Shown: positions 11,692 to 25,770 of the stretch, piece after piece | Layout: the number at the start of each line of letters is the position of its first letter | Position numbering within the stretch: position 1 is the first letter of the stretch | Assembly (NCBI GenBank): GCA_050084985.1 | Contig: JBITNC010000001.1 | Span: 202,182,001-202,246,000 of the forward strand | DNA length: 64,000 bases | Origin: Nageia nagi | Taxonomy: Eukaryota > Plantae > Pinophyta | Direction of reading: 5' to 3' | The notes under the pieces: model-generated | What the model saw: only the letters and a program-made list of their open reading frames with translations | Databases searched by the model: none | Told to the model about the DNA's origin: nothing | Made by a program: the position numbers and the translations under genes

Positions 11692-12479
11692 GATATTATA
11701 GATAAATATTTTAACATCCTTTTAAACCTCCTAGTTTGTAGGATTTATCAAAGTTTGTTCAAAGGTAAATATATATCAATTAAGTATTTGAATGATTATT
11801 TTTTATATAATTAAGTTGTATAATAAAATTGCTATGCTTGTTTTGGTTGTTCTATGTTCTCTTGTTTGTTTTAAAAAGAGGACTTAAAAATAGAAACCAA
11901 TAACATATTAATATAGATTTATATCCTTCAAATTTAAATAACACCTATAACCTTAACAAAACAACCTATCTATTATTAAACGTGAACATAAGTTTGGCCT
12001 CATACTCAAAGTTCCAAAGCTAGCCAATTGAGGTGTACATGAAATTATTGGTATCATATTAAGGCTCACAAACCATTAAACATGTTGAGCCACAAATATG
12101 GTTGTACATCTATGGATAACATCCATGTAAACTTTTCAAGGGATACTATGGAAGTCAATTTTTCTTGTTTAGACTTTAGATTGTATATATGCATCTCAAC
12201 ATTGGCACCTTTTTCAAAGCATATGTAGTCTTCCACTCTCACACTACATATCTATAGAAACATTGTATTCTTTATAACGGTTTTAGGCATTTTCCCAATG
12301 TCCTTCCAAAATGGATTGGGATGGGAAGGGTTGCCAAGTTCCATCACAATTATATTTGATTATATTTTTCGGAAGAGAAGAAACACCGCTAAAACTTTGC
12401 AATCATAAACAACTGGCTTGACATATGTGATATAATTAGCTATAATGAGGTTTCTTCGATATTCAATAATTACAATCTT

Positions 12480-13012
12480 GCAAAAGGACAAAGGCAAAGG
12501 AAATGGATATCAATGTTTTAAAAGAATAGTAACATCAATTAAATTATTATGTACCTCATGAAATAGGGAGAACTATTTATAGATGTTAACATAGCAAAAG
12601 TCTGAACCAAAGAAACAATAATGAAATGTAAGACGAAAGAAATTAGTGTTAATTTTGTTGACTTTATAGTAATAATTAGAAATATTAGTAGAATCAAGGG
12701 TAACATTCTTATAGATGAATGAATTCAAAAATAACTACGATTATAATTTTGATATTATTTGATTTTTTTATAGTTAATGCTAACTCTTTGAATCAAAAGG
12801 TTTCAAACTATACTAAGCAAGCAGATAGAAGAGGATTTGCATTAACAATGATTGTAATTATCATTGAAGCCGTTCTTAGTAAAAGTAATTGTTCTGGGAA
12901 GATAAAATCTACAATACAAGAAACAAGAATTGGTGTGAACTTATATGAGCAAACCAAAGTATGCCATATATTTCAAGAAGGTAATAAATGTGCAAACTAT
13001 CTTCTTAAATAA
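12480..13012 (+). pseudogene. Degenerate RNase H-like (RVT_3 type) domain of a plant L1 LINE remnant
   Basis: ORF 12719-13012 ends VCHIFQEGNKCANYL, matching the plant LINE RNase H C-terminal motif H(V/I)xREGNxxAxxL. The start is approximate. Confidence 0.6.
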
Positions 13013-13519
13013 GGGAAAAAAAATTAAAGTATTTTTCATCTAATTGATACCATCTTAAGATAAGAAGGTGGTGAGATTAGCAAAAAATCTCTTAGAACAA
13101 ACATAAGCATTTGCTTCTAAACGTGTCATTTGATTATTCCAATAGTGTTTTAAAATCCTTAAGAGGAAATGATGATCAAACAAACACTTCCACATGTTCA
13201 TCTCCTAAAGTGTTGCATTCCTATCACTCAGATGCTTGTAATTGCATAATTGAATGAGAGTGTTGACATTTGTATTATACTAGTTGCAAAGATAAACTAG
13301 TTGCATTTCATCATAAATTCTTCATAGTAAAATTGCATTGAGCTTTATCCAAACAAAACATGTTAAGGAGGTAGCGTATACATTACAAATTATTAATGGA
13401 AATGATGATTAAAATGTCATCAAAGCAAATTTCTTACAATGGTGTAAAATTATGATTCTATAGATCACAAAATCTATCCATCCAAATTGACCGAGTTAGA
13501 AAATTGCCTAAGATCAAAA

Positions 13520-13997
13520 TGTTGATGTTTTGGGATAGTAGGCCCATATCATAAGAGATTTGTGAATTTTCACCTAGAATAATATACTTTTGATGATATA
13601 AAAATATCACTTATAAATAGGAATGTTACACCTAGCAATAGTGAATTCGCAAAATGAAGCAACATAACTCATATAGAGATTTGCATAATTGAGAATAACA
13701 CATAGACTAGATTTGGAGCTTTCAATACTTATTTATAGTACTCAAATAGTGTAAATGATGTAGGTGTGTATAGAACACCACCATACATTGATTACATGTG
13801 CACTAGAATGTTAGACATTTTGGGTACATGATCTTTTAGCTTCTAGTACTTAGTAAACTTTAAAGATGTTTTCATAACTTCGATATGCGACCTTGTTTTT
13901 TTCTTGAAACCTGAGAGATATTTTCTCTTAATGTGATAAACTTTGTAATGCCCTTTTCTTTCTTTCTTTGTAACATATTTTCAACATACTCCCCCTT
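13520..13997 (-). mobile_element. 3' LTR (13520-13986) and PPT of a copia-type element; partner LTR not found
   Basis: Inverted termini TGTTGA (13520) and TCAACA (13981-13986). The adjacent ACTCCCCCTT is AAGGGGGAGT on the minus strand, a copia-style PPT. Confidence 0.6.
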
Positions 13998-16045
13998 AGT
14001 GTTGAGAGGTCTTACAAAACTACTTCACTCCCCAATCATCAAAGATTACTTCCTTAGTATTTGTTTTTACACTTAAATAGTTTACATTCTCTCCTTAAAG
14101 ACTACTTCCTTACTTCCTTAGTATGTGATATGATATACAACAATTATATAAGTATTATATTCTCTCCTTAATTTACTCTTTATTCACAATCTACATATAC
14201 CCTTCTTGATATGAATCAACACACTTTGTCTATGACATTTATTTGTTATTTGTTTGTCTTCTTCTTGCTATGGAGAGGTGTGGCGAATCATCCTCAAGAG
14301 TTGAGTTGATAACATCATGTTGGCCTTACTTTTATTTCTAGCCCCTACAAAACATCAGGTTATCGTTAGTTTGCCAATATATCATCAAGTTGCTAATATT
14401 GTCATCTGGTCAACAAGTTGTTAGAATTCCGTTTTTATTGATTTTTGGTTAAAGTTCTCTCCTATTAAAATCCACACCATATTAATTGGAAGGCTTAGTA
14501 TCGAGCATGTTTTCATAATGCTTAATTGTTGATTAAGTCATATCCTTTATTTTTGTAGAAATTCTTAGTCATTTTGCTTTTGCTAAATATTGAACTATGT
14601 GGAAGTTTATGGGTGAAGTGAACATGAACATGGAAAAATCTTTTTCTTTTGCATTCTAGAAGGTAAGGATGATAAGCTTATATAAAGCATTCACTAAAAT
14701 CATATATGAATATTTCTTTAGGTAGTTGATGTGCAAGTTGGTAGAGTTTTTTTGGTTGAATAGTGTTTGTAATGGTCATATAGCCATATAGTCTCTACAT
14801 CGAGTATTAGAAGTATAAGCTAACAATATATGAGGAGAAGAATGAGATCGATATAAATAGAGCATATCAATCAATTCTAGTTATGATTCTTCTTCCATCA
14901 ACATTTCGCAAACATTGACCTGGATGATCAAATTATCTCCACAAATATTGATTTCCCATGCATATGAATGTCTTTGTTTGAATTATGTTTTAGTAATCAT
15001 ACTTTGTAGGTCTCTTTGAAGCTTAAGGAAATTTCCAACTTCTTGGGATGATAACGAATACATGAATTACATAAATTGATCCCTTGAGTATCAATAATGG
15101 AAATTTGGCAATTTTTCTAACATTGTAGATGTATGGGGTATTCTAAAGAGTTGTTTATGTAGTCGTTCCCCACTAGTTCAAGTTTTAGGACCATTCCTTA
15201 TCAAGATTTAGGTGAAAGTACGTTTAACCATAAATACCTCAATGTGGCATTTGGGAGAAGTGTGGTGATCCAACCTCAATGTGGCAATTCATAATGTATG
15301 TGATGATTTATTCCAATGACTTGTTAGTTTCTTCAATCTTTTGTTGGGTTTTTCCTTTATTTTGTGTTAAGTCGTTATGACTAGTTAAATGTTGTTAAGT
15401 TGCCATGAATTGGTAACTTATACCTTCATTCTTATATTTTGTTTTTCTTTTCACTTAGTAGTTTTATTTGGTGGTTACTTCACTACATATTGGATTTATC
15501 TAGATTCTCTTACATAGAGATTTTGTTCTTATACTTAGTATATGTTTGTCAAACTTGTTTTTATTATCACCAAAATTTACCCTTTATGTTTATTTCATAT
15601 CAAAACTTTGTTTATGTTTTCCCTTCATAGTAGGTGTTATTTTCTTGTTGTGTTGTTATTTAATCACTAGTTATATATATCATTTGGTTACTCATACATC
15701 ATACAGAGAGTGGATCACCAAAATTGAGTAGCCTTTTATATTACTTACTCAAAATTGTACATCATATATTGATTTCCTTCAAAAAGTCTTCTTTTTTAAT
15801 TGAAACCAAGGGATGAGGCAATTCTCACTTGCTCATGAATTGTTAACTTGCTTCCCTTTATCTGGCGGATGAACCATTGCAAATTTTCCTTATTAGTTGA
15901 GGGGAGTTGGTGGTGAATATTATATAGTAGGGAGAGTAAAGGGATTTCCTTCATGAATGGATACATTAAAAAGTATACCTCCCTCTCCACTAATCATGTA
16001 ATATTTTAGCGTCGAATTTGTTTAAATAAAAACTTCATCACAATG

Positions 16046-17113
16046 TGTAAGCATCTAAATCTTACACATCAGAAGTTATGGTGCAATCCAAAAAACAAAA
16101 CTCCTAGATCTAAATAACTACATATTAAATTTGGCTAGATTTAATCTTTTGAAAAAATGACAAAGATAGGGATGAAATACGGAGTCCTCTTGATGTAGAC
16201 TTACTTCTTGAATATCTTAAAAACACCTACAAAACAAATGATGTTAGAGAGAACCTTTAACTCCAAGTCCTTAGGACCTTGGAACCACTCAAGGTAGGGA
16301 TAAACCCTAGCTAGAAATGATAGTAGCCCCCCTTGTCCTTAGTCACAAGGATGATCAAAAGATAATCAATGCCTAAGTGCATGCACAATATGATGTTAGG
16401 CTATGCTATATACTCTTTTAAGGTTTTTGATATCATCTTTGTGCTAAATGATAAATCATAATACTAAAAAAGTGTTAAAGATATACTAAGATAACAATAT
16501 ATGATAAATATACTAAAGTACCCATAAAAGATGCCAAGAAAGTGATAAACTCACAAGCTATGAACAATTATGAACACCCACAATTATTTTCACCAATGAA
16601 ATGCAAAGAGAATACAAAGGGCATACTCAATTATGCAATAAGATTAATAAAGAATGATGTACAACAAACCTTAAGGTATGAAATAATATCAAAACTATAA
16701 ATATTAAAGAAAGTGATATAATGATAAATGATACCTGAATGATAATGCTCATAATGGTAATTAGTGATGTCTAAGCTATACAATGAAAAATAATGATATG
16801 GGTATGAACAAATACACACAAACCTTAACCTAACATTAAGCTAAAATGATAATTAGTCTAGGTTTACAACTATATGCCAAACAATATACAAGTATTTCTA
16901 TGATAATTGGGTGGATACAAATGCTCTAATTACTCCAAGAATGTTCTCAAGACTTGCAAAAACCTTAAACAAAGTAAGATTCAAGCATATGATATTCAAT
17001 TCACAAAGAATTCACCTCAATCTTCTAAGGGGAAGGGTGTGAAGCCTTATAGAAGCTCATGCCATGGTGGGTTTCTATTAAAACCCTAATCGATCTTTAT
17101 GAAGTGTTAAAGT
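16046..17113 (-). repeat. 3' LTR of the Ogre/Tat-like element (alignable part; may extend further right)
   Basis: Colinear with 23993-25045 up to ...GGTGGGTTTCTAT.AAAACCCTA...ATGAAGT..TAAAGT. Confidence 0.88.
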
Positions 17114-17767
17114 TGTTCAAGAGTGCTCATATATGCTCTACAAGATATCAGAAAACTTGAATGCAAAGTGAATCACAAGTGACAAATGGGGCAAAAAAAA
17201 CCTTTTATAATATTATGTTCATGATCGACAGGTCAATTAGGAAGACGATAAGATCAAACAATTGATTAACTGATCGACTAACCAATTGGTTTCTGCTATA
17301 ATTATGAAAAAAATGTTAACGTTGATTAATGTTCATGTTTATACTCAAATGTTGTTGTTTTCTGTAAATATGTAATTTTGGGGTATCTATTGTTACCTCT
17401 TTTTAAGCTGAGTTTTACAAGCATGCAAGACTTAATACAAAAACCAAGGTAAATGCTATGATTAAGATGATAGCTTTGATGTTTGATATTTCTTTGATTT
17501 GTTTGATAATGATTAATGTTTGTATGATAATGCTCAATGGTCATTTTACTGACAAGGATGGCATATGAATGTAAGTATACAAAACCTAGCAAATATTGAG
17601 AGATAAATGTAAAATGCTCTCAAAGATATGATCAATGTAGGATGACCCATACTATGGCAACACATGGTTATTTTTGGCTTATGACATGTATAATCTCAAT
17701 GATTTGATCATGATAATTCTAACTTTATCCAATGGAAAATAAATCCAAACAATGCTAAAGATAAACT

Positions 17768-18002
17768 TTGCCCCATGTTAAATGGAAAATGGTAATGATA
17801 ACAATGAACTTGTTGCTCCAAGTAATGGTAAGAAAAGAAAGATATTGATAAACTTTTACCCCATATTAAATAGAAAGCAAAAGGACCTTGCCCCATCTTA
17901 AATGAAAAGCAAGAAATGATGGTGCTAAAATTATGCCTTTACCCCATGTTAAATGGAAAGCAAAGGAATGCTATTTTTGCCCCATGTTAAATGGAAAGCA
18001 AA
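17768..18002. repeat. Five copies of a ~25-bp motif TTGCCCCATGTTAAATGGAAAGCAA
   Basis: Copies at about 17768, 17856, 17888, 17939 and 17977. Confidence 0.85.
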
Positions 18003-18987
18003 AAGGTTATGTTCAAATGATATATTTATTCCAAGTAATGGTAAACAAATATTTAGATGCTCATGATATGATCACAACAATAGAGTGATAACTTTGCTCC
18101 ATGTGAAAATAGGAAGAAAATGATTATGCTCAAGGATAATGCTAAAGCCAATGATATATGATATGCTACCAATATGCTAGGATATGATGTTATTGATCTT
18201 GATTTGAGATAGTAGATATCTCATCTCCTAAACAATGGAATGATGGGTGAACAAAAAGTCAACAAAATATTCATTATTCATTTGATAAGTGCTCATTGAT
18301 AATGATAAAGATATGATATTCAAAACTTATTATATGGCATTGATGCTAAAAGATCTTGGTTAATATGCTAAGAAATGCTTGCTTTATTTTGATTTTCTCA
18401 AAGATATTGCTCATGATATGATAAGATATAAGCTATTTCTTTTAATCAAAATAAATAGTTTTTAATTTGACACACTTGATTTGATTTGAGCCATATGATA
18501 AAATTAGTTAAAGATATTATATGATGAATAATCTTGTGTGATATGACTTGATAATTCGATCATGATATATGATAATTTCTCTTTGATAATGATAAGGATG
18601 AAAATACGAGCAAAGAGATTATATCAATGTCATTATCACTTGTTCTACAAGACTATGTTTCCCTCAAAAATAATCATAGTCAAAATCTATGATCAATCCC
18701 AAATAAATGATTTTAAGACAACCTAATATATGATTGTGATCCAAGTGATTGTATCCTCATGAGGAAAGAGGCCTATAGATAGTGATAATGACAAAGAGTC
18801 AAATAAACTTCAAAGATATGTCCCTATGATTGTTTGATTTTGATGCTAATATGTGAGACACACTTGATGAAAGTGTCCAAAGATAATGATAATACTCAAA
18901 GTAAGCATTATTTTGATGTTTTGCTAATGCTTTTGATATTATTGATAAAGACAAGTAATATGTACAATTATAACATGATGTAGAGAT

Positions 18988-18989
<2 letters not shown>

Positions 18990-19027
<38 letters not shown>
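18990..19027. repeat. (AT)n microsatellite
   Basis: Perfect alternating AT run of 38 bp. Confidence 0.95.
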
Positions 19028-19029
<2 letters not shown>

Positions 19030-19509
19030 ATGATAAAGAGAATGTGACAAATATGTATACCACATGATGATATAAACAATGATAAGTGATAATGATATAT
19101 ATAATGATAATGATGAAAAAGGGAGCTCATGATAAGTTTAGGAGATGAGTGACTTTGTCTTACCCTAAAGTTTCCATTAGTGGAAAACTACAAAAGAGTA
19201 ATAGGCTCTAGTATTGATTCAAATGATTTCTATATGATAATGCTAGAAGTTGAAACATGTTCGAGTGGTAGTTTTCATATGTCAAAATGTATGATAATGC
19301 TCATGATGTGATACTCAATGTTTTGATTCAACAAAAATATGATGATGATAAGTCAAAGGACTCTATTTTGTTTATTGATTCATATAATAAAGGTGGTGGA
19401 ATAGACACACCTTTTTTTGCTCGTTTCTAAAAAACATGGACAAATCCCACGAAATGGGACAAATAGTTTTCCCTCATGATAATTTTGATCCGAGTTGAAA
19501 GAGGCATCG

Positions 19510-21850
19510 ACTTGATTCATATTATGATTAGGCAAAGGATTTTTAAAGATTTACAAGCATTGATTAGGTGGTGTGATTGGGTTTCCTATTGATATTTTCC
19601 CATTGTTAATAAGATCTTGGATTTCATGCTTTAATCAAATGCACCCATTAGTATTGTGTTCTTTTTGCCTATGATATTCATAAAATTTGTTCTCTTTGTA
19701 CCATGCTCTTGTTAGTGCCAATGAATTTTATTTGATTTCGAGAAATGTTAAGAGATTAACTTGTAACATATTTCATAAGATATCTGACATTGATTCTTTC
19801 GAGGGAGTAAAATTCCATCTTGGTCTTAGTGGTAAAAGTTCTTGATCATTGATTTGACCTTGTTGTCTTACTATTGGTAGTTGCAAAGCTCTTTATTATT
19901 GTATTGCTATGATTGGTTGTGCTTTATTGACATCATATGATACTTGATTGTTGTGTGGCTTTTGATAAGTTTTATTATTTTCATTACTGCTATTGTAATG
20001 CTTCTAATCATTGTTGTTATTTGTCTTGCGTAATTTGATGTCACTCGATTGAGTCTTAACTTATTCAATGAGATTTGCTTGCGATAATGCTACCTCAAAT
20101 GACCTCTATTGTTGTATTTGTAAGATAGAAGATATATTATTATTACAACTTTTTCGACACAATTTGATCAACTCTTCTTGTGATAAGGAATATGTCAAAT
20201 CATTCATGATTGCTCTCTATGTTGACACATAATCATTTATCAATTCATCATCAAATTGTGATATTCTATTCAAGTTCATGATAAATGCTCTCTTTCTCAT
20301 GTTGATGGAAAAGTGTTCCAAGAATAGATTGGCCAATTGTTCAAAAGAGTAAATGTTATTTTGGGGCAAGTTGTTTTACCAATCCAAATCTTCACCTCCA
20401 AGTGTCATAGGAAATATCCTAATCATGAGAACAACATCATTTGATATGATATAACAAGAGTATTTGAATTGTCTCAAATTTTCTCTTGGATCCTCTCTAC
20501 CTTTGAATGTGTCTATATGAGGCACCTCAATCTTGTAAGAAAATTGCTTAATTAGAACCATGTGATTAATAGGTGCATTGAAAATTGAATGATAAGATAG
20601 CTTATTCTTTCTTTGACTATTGAATCTTAATTCCATGTCTTGGAACCTTTTTAAAATATCATCATTCATTGTTGAAGGTTGTTGATTTTCCATGCTTTGT
20701 TGACTTTGTCCAAAATTAATTTATTCTTGATAGTTTGGATGATAGCCTTGTTGTATGTTTTAGTCGAATGATTTATTCAAATTTTTATTAGGAATAAATT
20801 GGCTTTCTAAAATATAAGACTAATTTTTTAAATGAGACATTTGATGTATTAATTCTTGAATTTAATTTTGGTATGATGGTTAATTAAGACTTTGATTCAA
20901 AACTTGTTGATATAGTTAATTTTTCCTAATATGGGGCGTGTTGAAATGTTAAGGTTTGATTTTGATTGACATTATGATAAGAAGATGAAGCTTGATGTTG
21001 AATATTTTGAGGATACATTTGTTGAAAGTTGGTTATTTGATTTTGGTGTTATTGGTTTGTTTGATAAGAAGAATTATTTTGTACAACATGAGCAACTTGT
21101 TTTGCTTTATTTTGATTTAAGATCCTCAAATACTTGAGATTAAGATTCACCACTAGACCTTGTGATAAAATTTAATTTGGTGTGATCAAAGGATTAGATG
21201 GCAAAAAAGAATATTTGGTGCACTATAAGGTCTAACTTGTTGATTTGGATGATTAATTAACATTGATTAATTATCGTGCTTGTGATATTTGTTTATCAAG
21301 ATTTTGTTGAGGCATTGATGTGGTTAATGGTTGATTTGATACAATTTGTTTCATTGGTTGAGATTGAAATTGACTTGTTGCAACAAGTGGTGATGGTGAG
21401 AAATATGAGACTAGTGGAATATCATAAGTTATGCATTTAAATGTTTTTGGTTGTTTCCACTTACTCATATTTTGCAAGATGGTATTAGGTGACTCCTCAA
21501 GTCCATGATGTTTAAGATCAAGTGAATTTGTTGGAACAAAAGATGGTTGAGGATCATGATATGCTAGATCAAAGTGATGAATCACATTTTGCACTTGATG
21601 AGTTTGTGGCATGCTTTGTTGCTGTTGAATTTGATTAAGTTGAAATTGCTCAAACAATGATGACAATTGATTTTGAACCATAGGATCATTGATAAATTGC
21701 TATTGAGATTCTTGAAGGATATCTACAAATAAAGGGTTATTTCTAATTTTAAGAGAAAATGATGGATGATGAGAAGATGCATGTAATAAATGATGAGATT
21801 TTGGTGTGCTATGTTCTCGATTAAGTTCTTGATTTTACATTTCTTCTCTC
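19510..21850 (-). pseudogene. Disrupted Ogre/Tat-type gag
   Basis: Q-rich N-terminus (21271-21681); IEVPHIDTFKGREDPRENL...RIFPMTLGGEDLDW (20376-20693); decayed knuckle YEYHRQKEHNTNGC..LKHEIQDLI (~19600-19690); IFKNPLPNH (~19520-19550). Confidence 0.8.
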
Positions 21851-23971
21851 TCTTTAGCTTATGATATTATTTCAGCTACATGTTTAGATGTGGTTCCTAG
21901 GACAAATAAGCCTATAAAACCAAGGTTTGGATGGAAAGAATACAATGTTTAAAATATATGGCAAGAGTGCAATATGCTAAACAAAGTAAGAAAATCAACG
22001 CCAAGCCCATGATTTTTGTTATGATTTTGTTTAATTGATGCAAAGTAGTTACACATAACCTATATGATGAGAAAATAGTCATATATGATCAAAAACCCAA
22101 TAATGATAAACATAGCAATGGTGAACTCTCTTGTCTAGTTTCTTATTGTTTAATTGGTTTTTATATGGATTAATGATGATTATTTTTACATATGATAAAT
22201 TTCCTCTTGTTTAGTTTTCCTAGAGATATATCTAGTCAAGTTTTGGTAGGTCAAGGATCAACTTCTAGGGGTGTGGAACATTTAGGGACAAGTAGCCCAC
22301 CTTGGTAATGACCTCTAAGTGTGGGTGAAGCTATGGGTATGAATTCCACATGCCCTAGTATAGGCCTAATATAATGTGATTAAATGCAATGTTGGAAGGA
22401 AAATTATAATGCAATAGATGATAGAGGCAAATTATAATGCAATTGGATGATAGAGGAAAATTTACCCTTCACAAAGATGCTAAGCGCTCTGTTGATATGT
22501 GTTTTGGTATCACCTAGGTTTTTACTTTAAATGAAATAAAAGTATGTAAATATTTACTGTATGATATATCTAAGCTAATTAACTCAAATTAAAATACATG
22601 AATAAGGGAATTCAACAATGCAATAACAAAATAATGAAATCACATTGATGTCAAGATGTAAAAAGAAATTACATGCACTAAAAGAGAAAGGAATCAAATG
22701 AAAGATAAATATATGTGTTTCCTTACCTGTGTCAATGTAGAGGATATGACATGCAAACTTGTTGAAGAGTAGTGACCTTGTTGTGTGAACCTTAAGGCTA
22801 ATTGCAAAAGAAACACTAACATGGGCATTGATCTTTGAGAGTTCAACATGGTCATGAATGTTTTTGAAGAATGAGGTTCACCAACAAGGGTCAATGACAA
22901 CAGAGATGATGATAAGTCGAACTAAGCATATGATCGCAAAAGTGGATAACAAATATTCTCTTGAGTGGTAACAAGATTCCAATCTTAATAGGTAACATTT
23001 AGAAACACCCATGTGTAAGGTACCGACTATCGATATGTAATATTGATATGCTTTTCCTAGGTTAGAGATACTTATATTTATATCAACCATGATTCAACAT
23101 TTGACCCCTTGAATATTGGTTGAAGTTGTGCTTGTGTATTAAACATTAAAGATAAGAACACAACTTAAGAAATATGTGATAATAAGGTAAAATATGACTA
23201 AAATATGATTAAATGTGATTAATTATGTGTGTAAAGTTGCACTTAAGTGAGATCGTGTTAAGGGGACCACTTTTAGATGTCAACACACTCCCAACCCAAG
23301 ATATGATAAATTTTCATTAGTGCAAGAGATACAAATCAAGCCTAAGGAATGGAAAGAGCAAGCAAATGATATAGAGAATATAAGGGATGTTAGGACCAAC
23401 TTGGAGGCTTTAGTACCAATTCACATACAAGCAATTTTTGATGCATGACCTGTGTTTACAAGGCTTTGTTCATTCGTTGGTTTGATCAATAAGTGCCAAT
23501 TAACCACCCAATCAATAGTTAGCTATCTGATCATAATAACACCTAAAGATTTTAAAAAATGATAAAAATCCTATGAGAAGGATGACAAGCTAGTACATAA
23601 AACCATGATAGAGGAATTTTATCACCTAAGTACAAACCCAAATTTGATGAAAAATAATAAAAATATGATCTAAATGCTCAAAATGCTAAGATAAGGATAA
23701 TCAATCCTTTGAGAACTAATCATAGAATCAATCATCTAGTAAGATAGGATCAGTCTAATACCAGGCTATTAGAGATTGGTGAAGATAGAAACCTCAAGAT
23801 TCTCATATTGTGTTTTGATCATTATGAAGATGTCTTCTTAAAAACCTAGAAAGAATAAGTAATTTGATATCACCAAAATTGCAAAAAGATGGGTCAAACA
23901 AGAAAGCATAAAAGATCAAGATAGGGTTGGAAAAACTCTTCAAGATCTCAATGAGTTAAGGAATAAAGGAG

Positions 23972-23989
23972 TTCCCACCATGATCGCCA
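23972..23989 (-). promoter_or_regulatory. PBS, tRNA-Arg-like (Ogre/Tat type)
   Basis: Minus strand TGGCGATCATGGTGGGAA, 3 nt from the LTR end. It resembles the complement of a plant tRNA-Arg 3' end; the exact isoacceptor is not verified. Confidence 0.7.
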
Positions 23990-23992
23990 AGT

Positions 23993-25045
23993 TGTAAGCA
24001 TCTAAATCCTACACATTATAAGTTAGGATGCAATCCATAAAATAAAACTCTTAGATCTAGATAGCTACATATTATATTTGTACTAGATTTAATATTTCAC
24101 AAAATGAGAAAGATAGGGATGAAACATGGAATGATCCAAATGTATAATTTATTATTTAATATCTAAAGAACACCTACAAAATAAATGATGTAAGAGGAAT
24201 CCTCCAACTCCAAGTCCTTATGACCTTAAGGTAGGGATAAACCCTAGCTAAAAATGACAATAGGCCCCCTTATTCTTATTCACAAGGATGATCAAAAGAT
24301 AATCAATTCCTTAGTACATGTATAATATGACGTTAGGCTATGTTATATGCTTTTTAAATGCTTTTGATATGATCTTTGTGATAAATGATAATGCTAAACA
24401 ACTGTTAAAGATATGTTAAGATAATAACATATGATAAATATACTAAAGTACCCATAAAATATGCCAAGAAAGTGATCAACTCACAAGCTATGAATAATTA
24501 TGAACATTGAAAATGAATTTTGTTAATAAAATGCTAAGAGAATGCAAAGGGCATACACAATTATGGAACAAGATTAATAAAGAATGATGTACTACAAAAC
24601 CTAAGGTATGGAATAATATCGAAACCTTAAATATTAAAGAAAGTGATATAATGGTAAATGGTACACAAATGATAATGCCCACAATACTAATTAATGATGG
24701 CTAAGTTATACAATTACAAAAAATGATATGGGTATGAACAATTACACACAAACCATAACCTAACCCTAAGCTAAAATTATAATTAGCTTAGGTTTGAAAT
24801 GATACATCAAATAATGTCCAAGTAAGAAATTCTATGATAATTAGGTTGATACAAATGCTCCAATAGCTCCAAGAACATTTTGAAATTTTGTAAAATCTTA
24901 AACAAGCAATATCCAACCATATGATATCTAAATAAAAACTAATTCACCTCAATATTCCAAGGGGAATGGTGTGAATCCTTGTAGAAGCTCATGCTATGGT
25001 GGGTTTCTATCAAAACCCTAGTTCGTATTGATGAAGTACTAAAGT
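23993..25045 (-). repeat. Truncated 5' LTR of the Ogre/Tat-like element
   Basis: Homologous to 16046-17113; homology stops exactly at CACTAC (25046). Confidence 0.88.
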
Positions 25046-25560
25046 CACTACACCAAAATCAAGCTCCAAGGGTGGTTCTAAACCATTGTGATAAGCCTTT
25101 AACGATGGTTTTCCTTGTGCCATATATGAGGACATTGTAAAAATGTTGAAAGAAAAGATGATAATTAAGAAGCACTTCAATAAACTAAATTTGTTGTTTA
25201 TACAATGATGCATTTAAATCATTGTATGATTATATAGTAGGATGGTAAAAAATCATCATTTTATATCACCATTTATTATAAAAAATAGGGTATTAAATGG
25301 AGGTGGTAAACTATCATCATGTAGAATAATAGGGTAGTTATAAACCACCCTCTTACAATTACAATTTGAAAAAAAAAATATAAAAACTACTTTAAGAAAA
25401 TGCGATTGAATAATATATTTTGCATGTAATTGTGGGTTTCTTTCACATGCAATTGTGATAATAGTCTTAATTGACACCCCATATGTGAAAGAAATCCACA
25501 TATAGTTTAATTATGGGTTTCTTTCTATGCAATTGTGATAATAACCCTGATAGACATGTA
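25046..25560. mobile_element. CACTA (En/Spm) transposon terminus with subterminal repeats; other end not found
   Basis: CACTACACCAAAA precisely at the LTR breakpoint. ATTGTGATAA repeated at ~25085, 25452 and 25532, and TAATT.TGGGTTTCTTTC..TGCAATTGTGATAAT duplicated at ~25428 and ~25509. Confidence 0.72.
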
Positions 25561-25635
25561 TTAAAAAATGTAGAAGCATTAATAAGGCAAGTGTGTTTTT
25601 TTCGACAATATACATTATATGTAAGGAATGATTGT

Positions 25636-25770
25636 AACAAGGAAGTCATCATTAAACTATTGAACAAAGAAGCCATCAAACTACTTGAAAAAATGGAGTA
25701 TGTGGGTATTAATCCAAACAATGTTGTGTTTGGTAATGTATTATCTCCATGTAATGAAATAGGGTTATGA
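25636..25770 (+). pseudogene. Pentatricopeptide-repeat (PLS-class-like) gene fragment
   Basis: KEAIKLLEKMEYVGINPNNVVFGNVLSPCNEIGL resembles the PPR consensus EAxxLFxxMxxxGxxPxxxTFxxxLSACxHxGL. No flanking PPR motifs. Confidence 0.72.

Larger units (their letters stand above)
16046..25045 (-). mobile_element. Ogre/Tat-like Ty3/gypsy element, apparently gag-only, 5' LTR truncated by a CACTA insertion
   Basis: Direct repeats beginning TGTAAGCATCTAAATC at 16046 and 23993, alignable for ~1050 bp. PBS next to the 23993 copy; Ogre-type gag on the minus strand. Confidence 0.85.

Noticed and set aside
12313-12345. NBS-LRR P-loop-like GMGRVAK
   Set aside because: No surrounding NB-ARC motifs; it lies within or next to the LINE remnant.
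14000-16045. Coding remnants of the copia-type element
   Set aside because: No diagnostic RT/IN motif could be read, so it was left unassigned.
17768-18002. CRISPR array
   Set aside because: Spacers are very uneven (about 7-63 bp), repeats are degenerate, there are no cas genes, and the array lies inside a plant retroelement.
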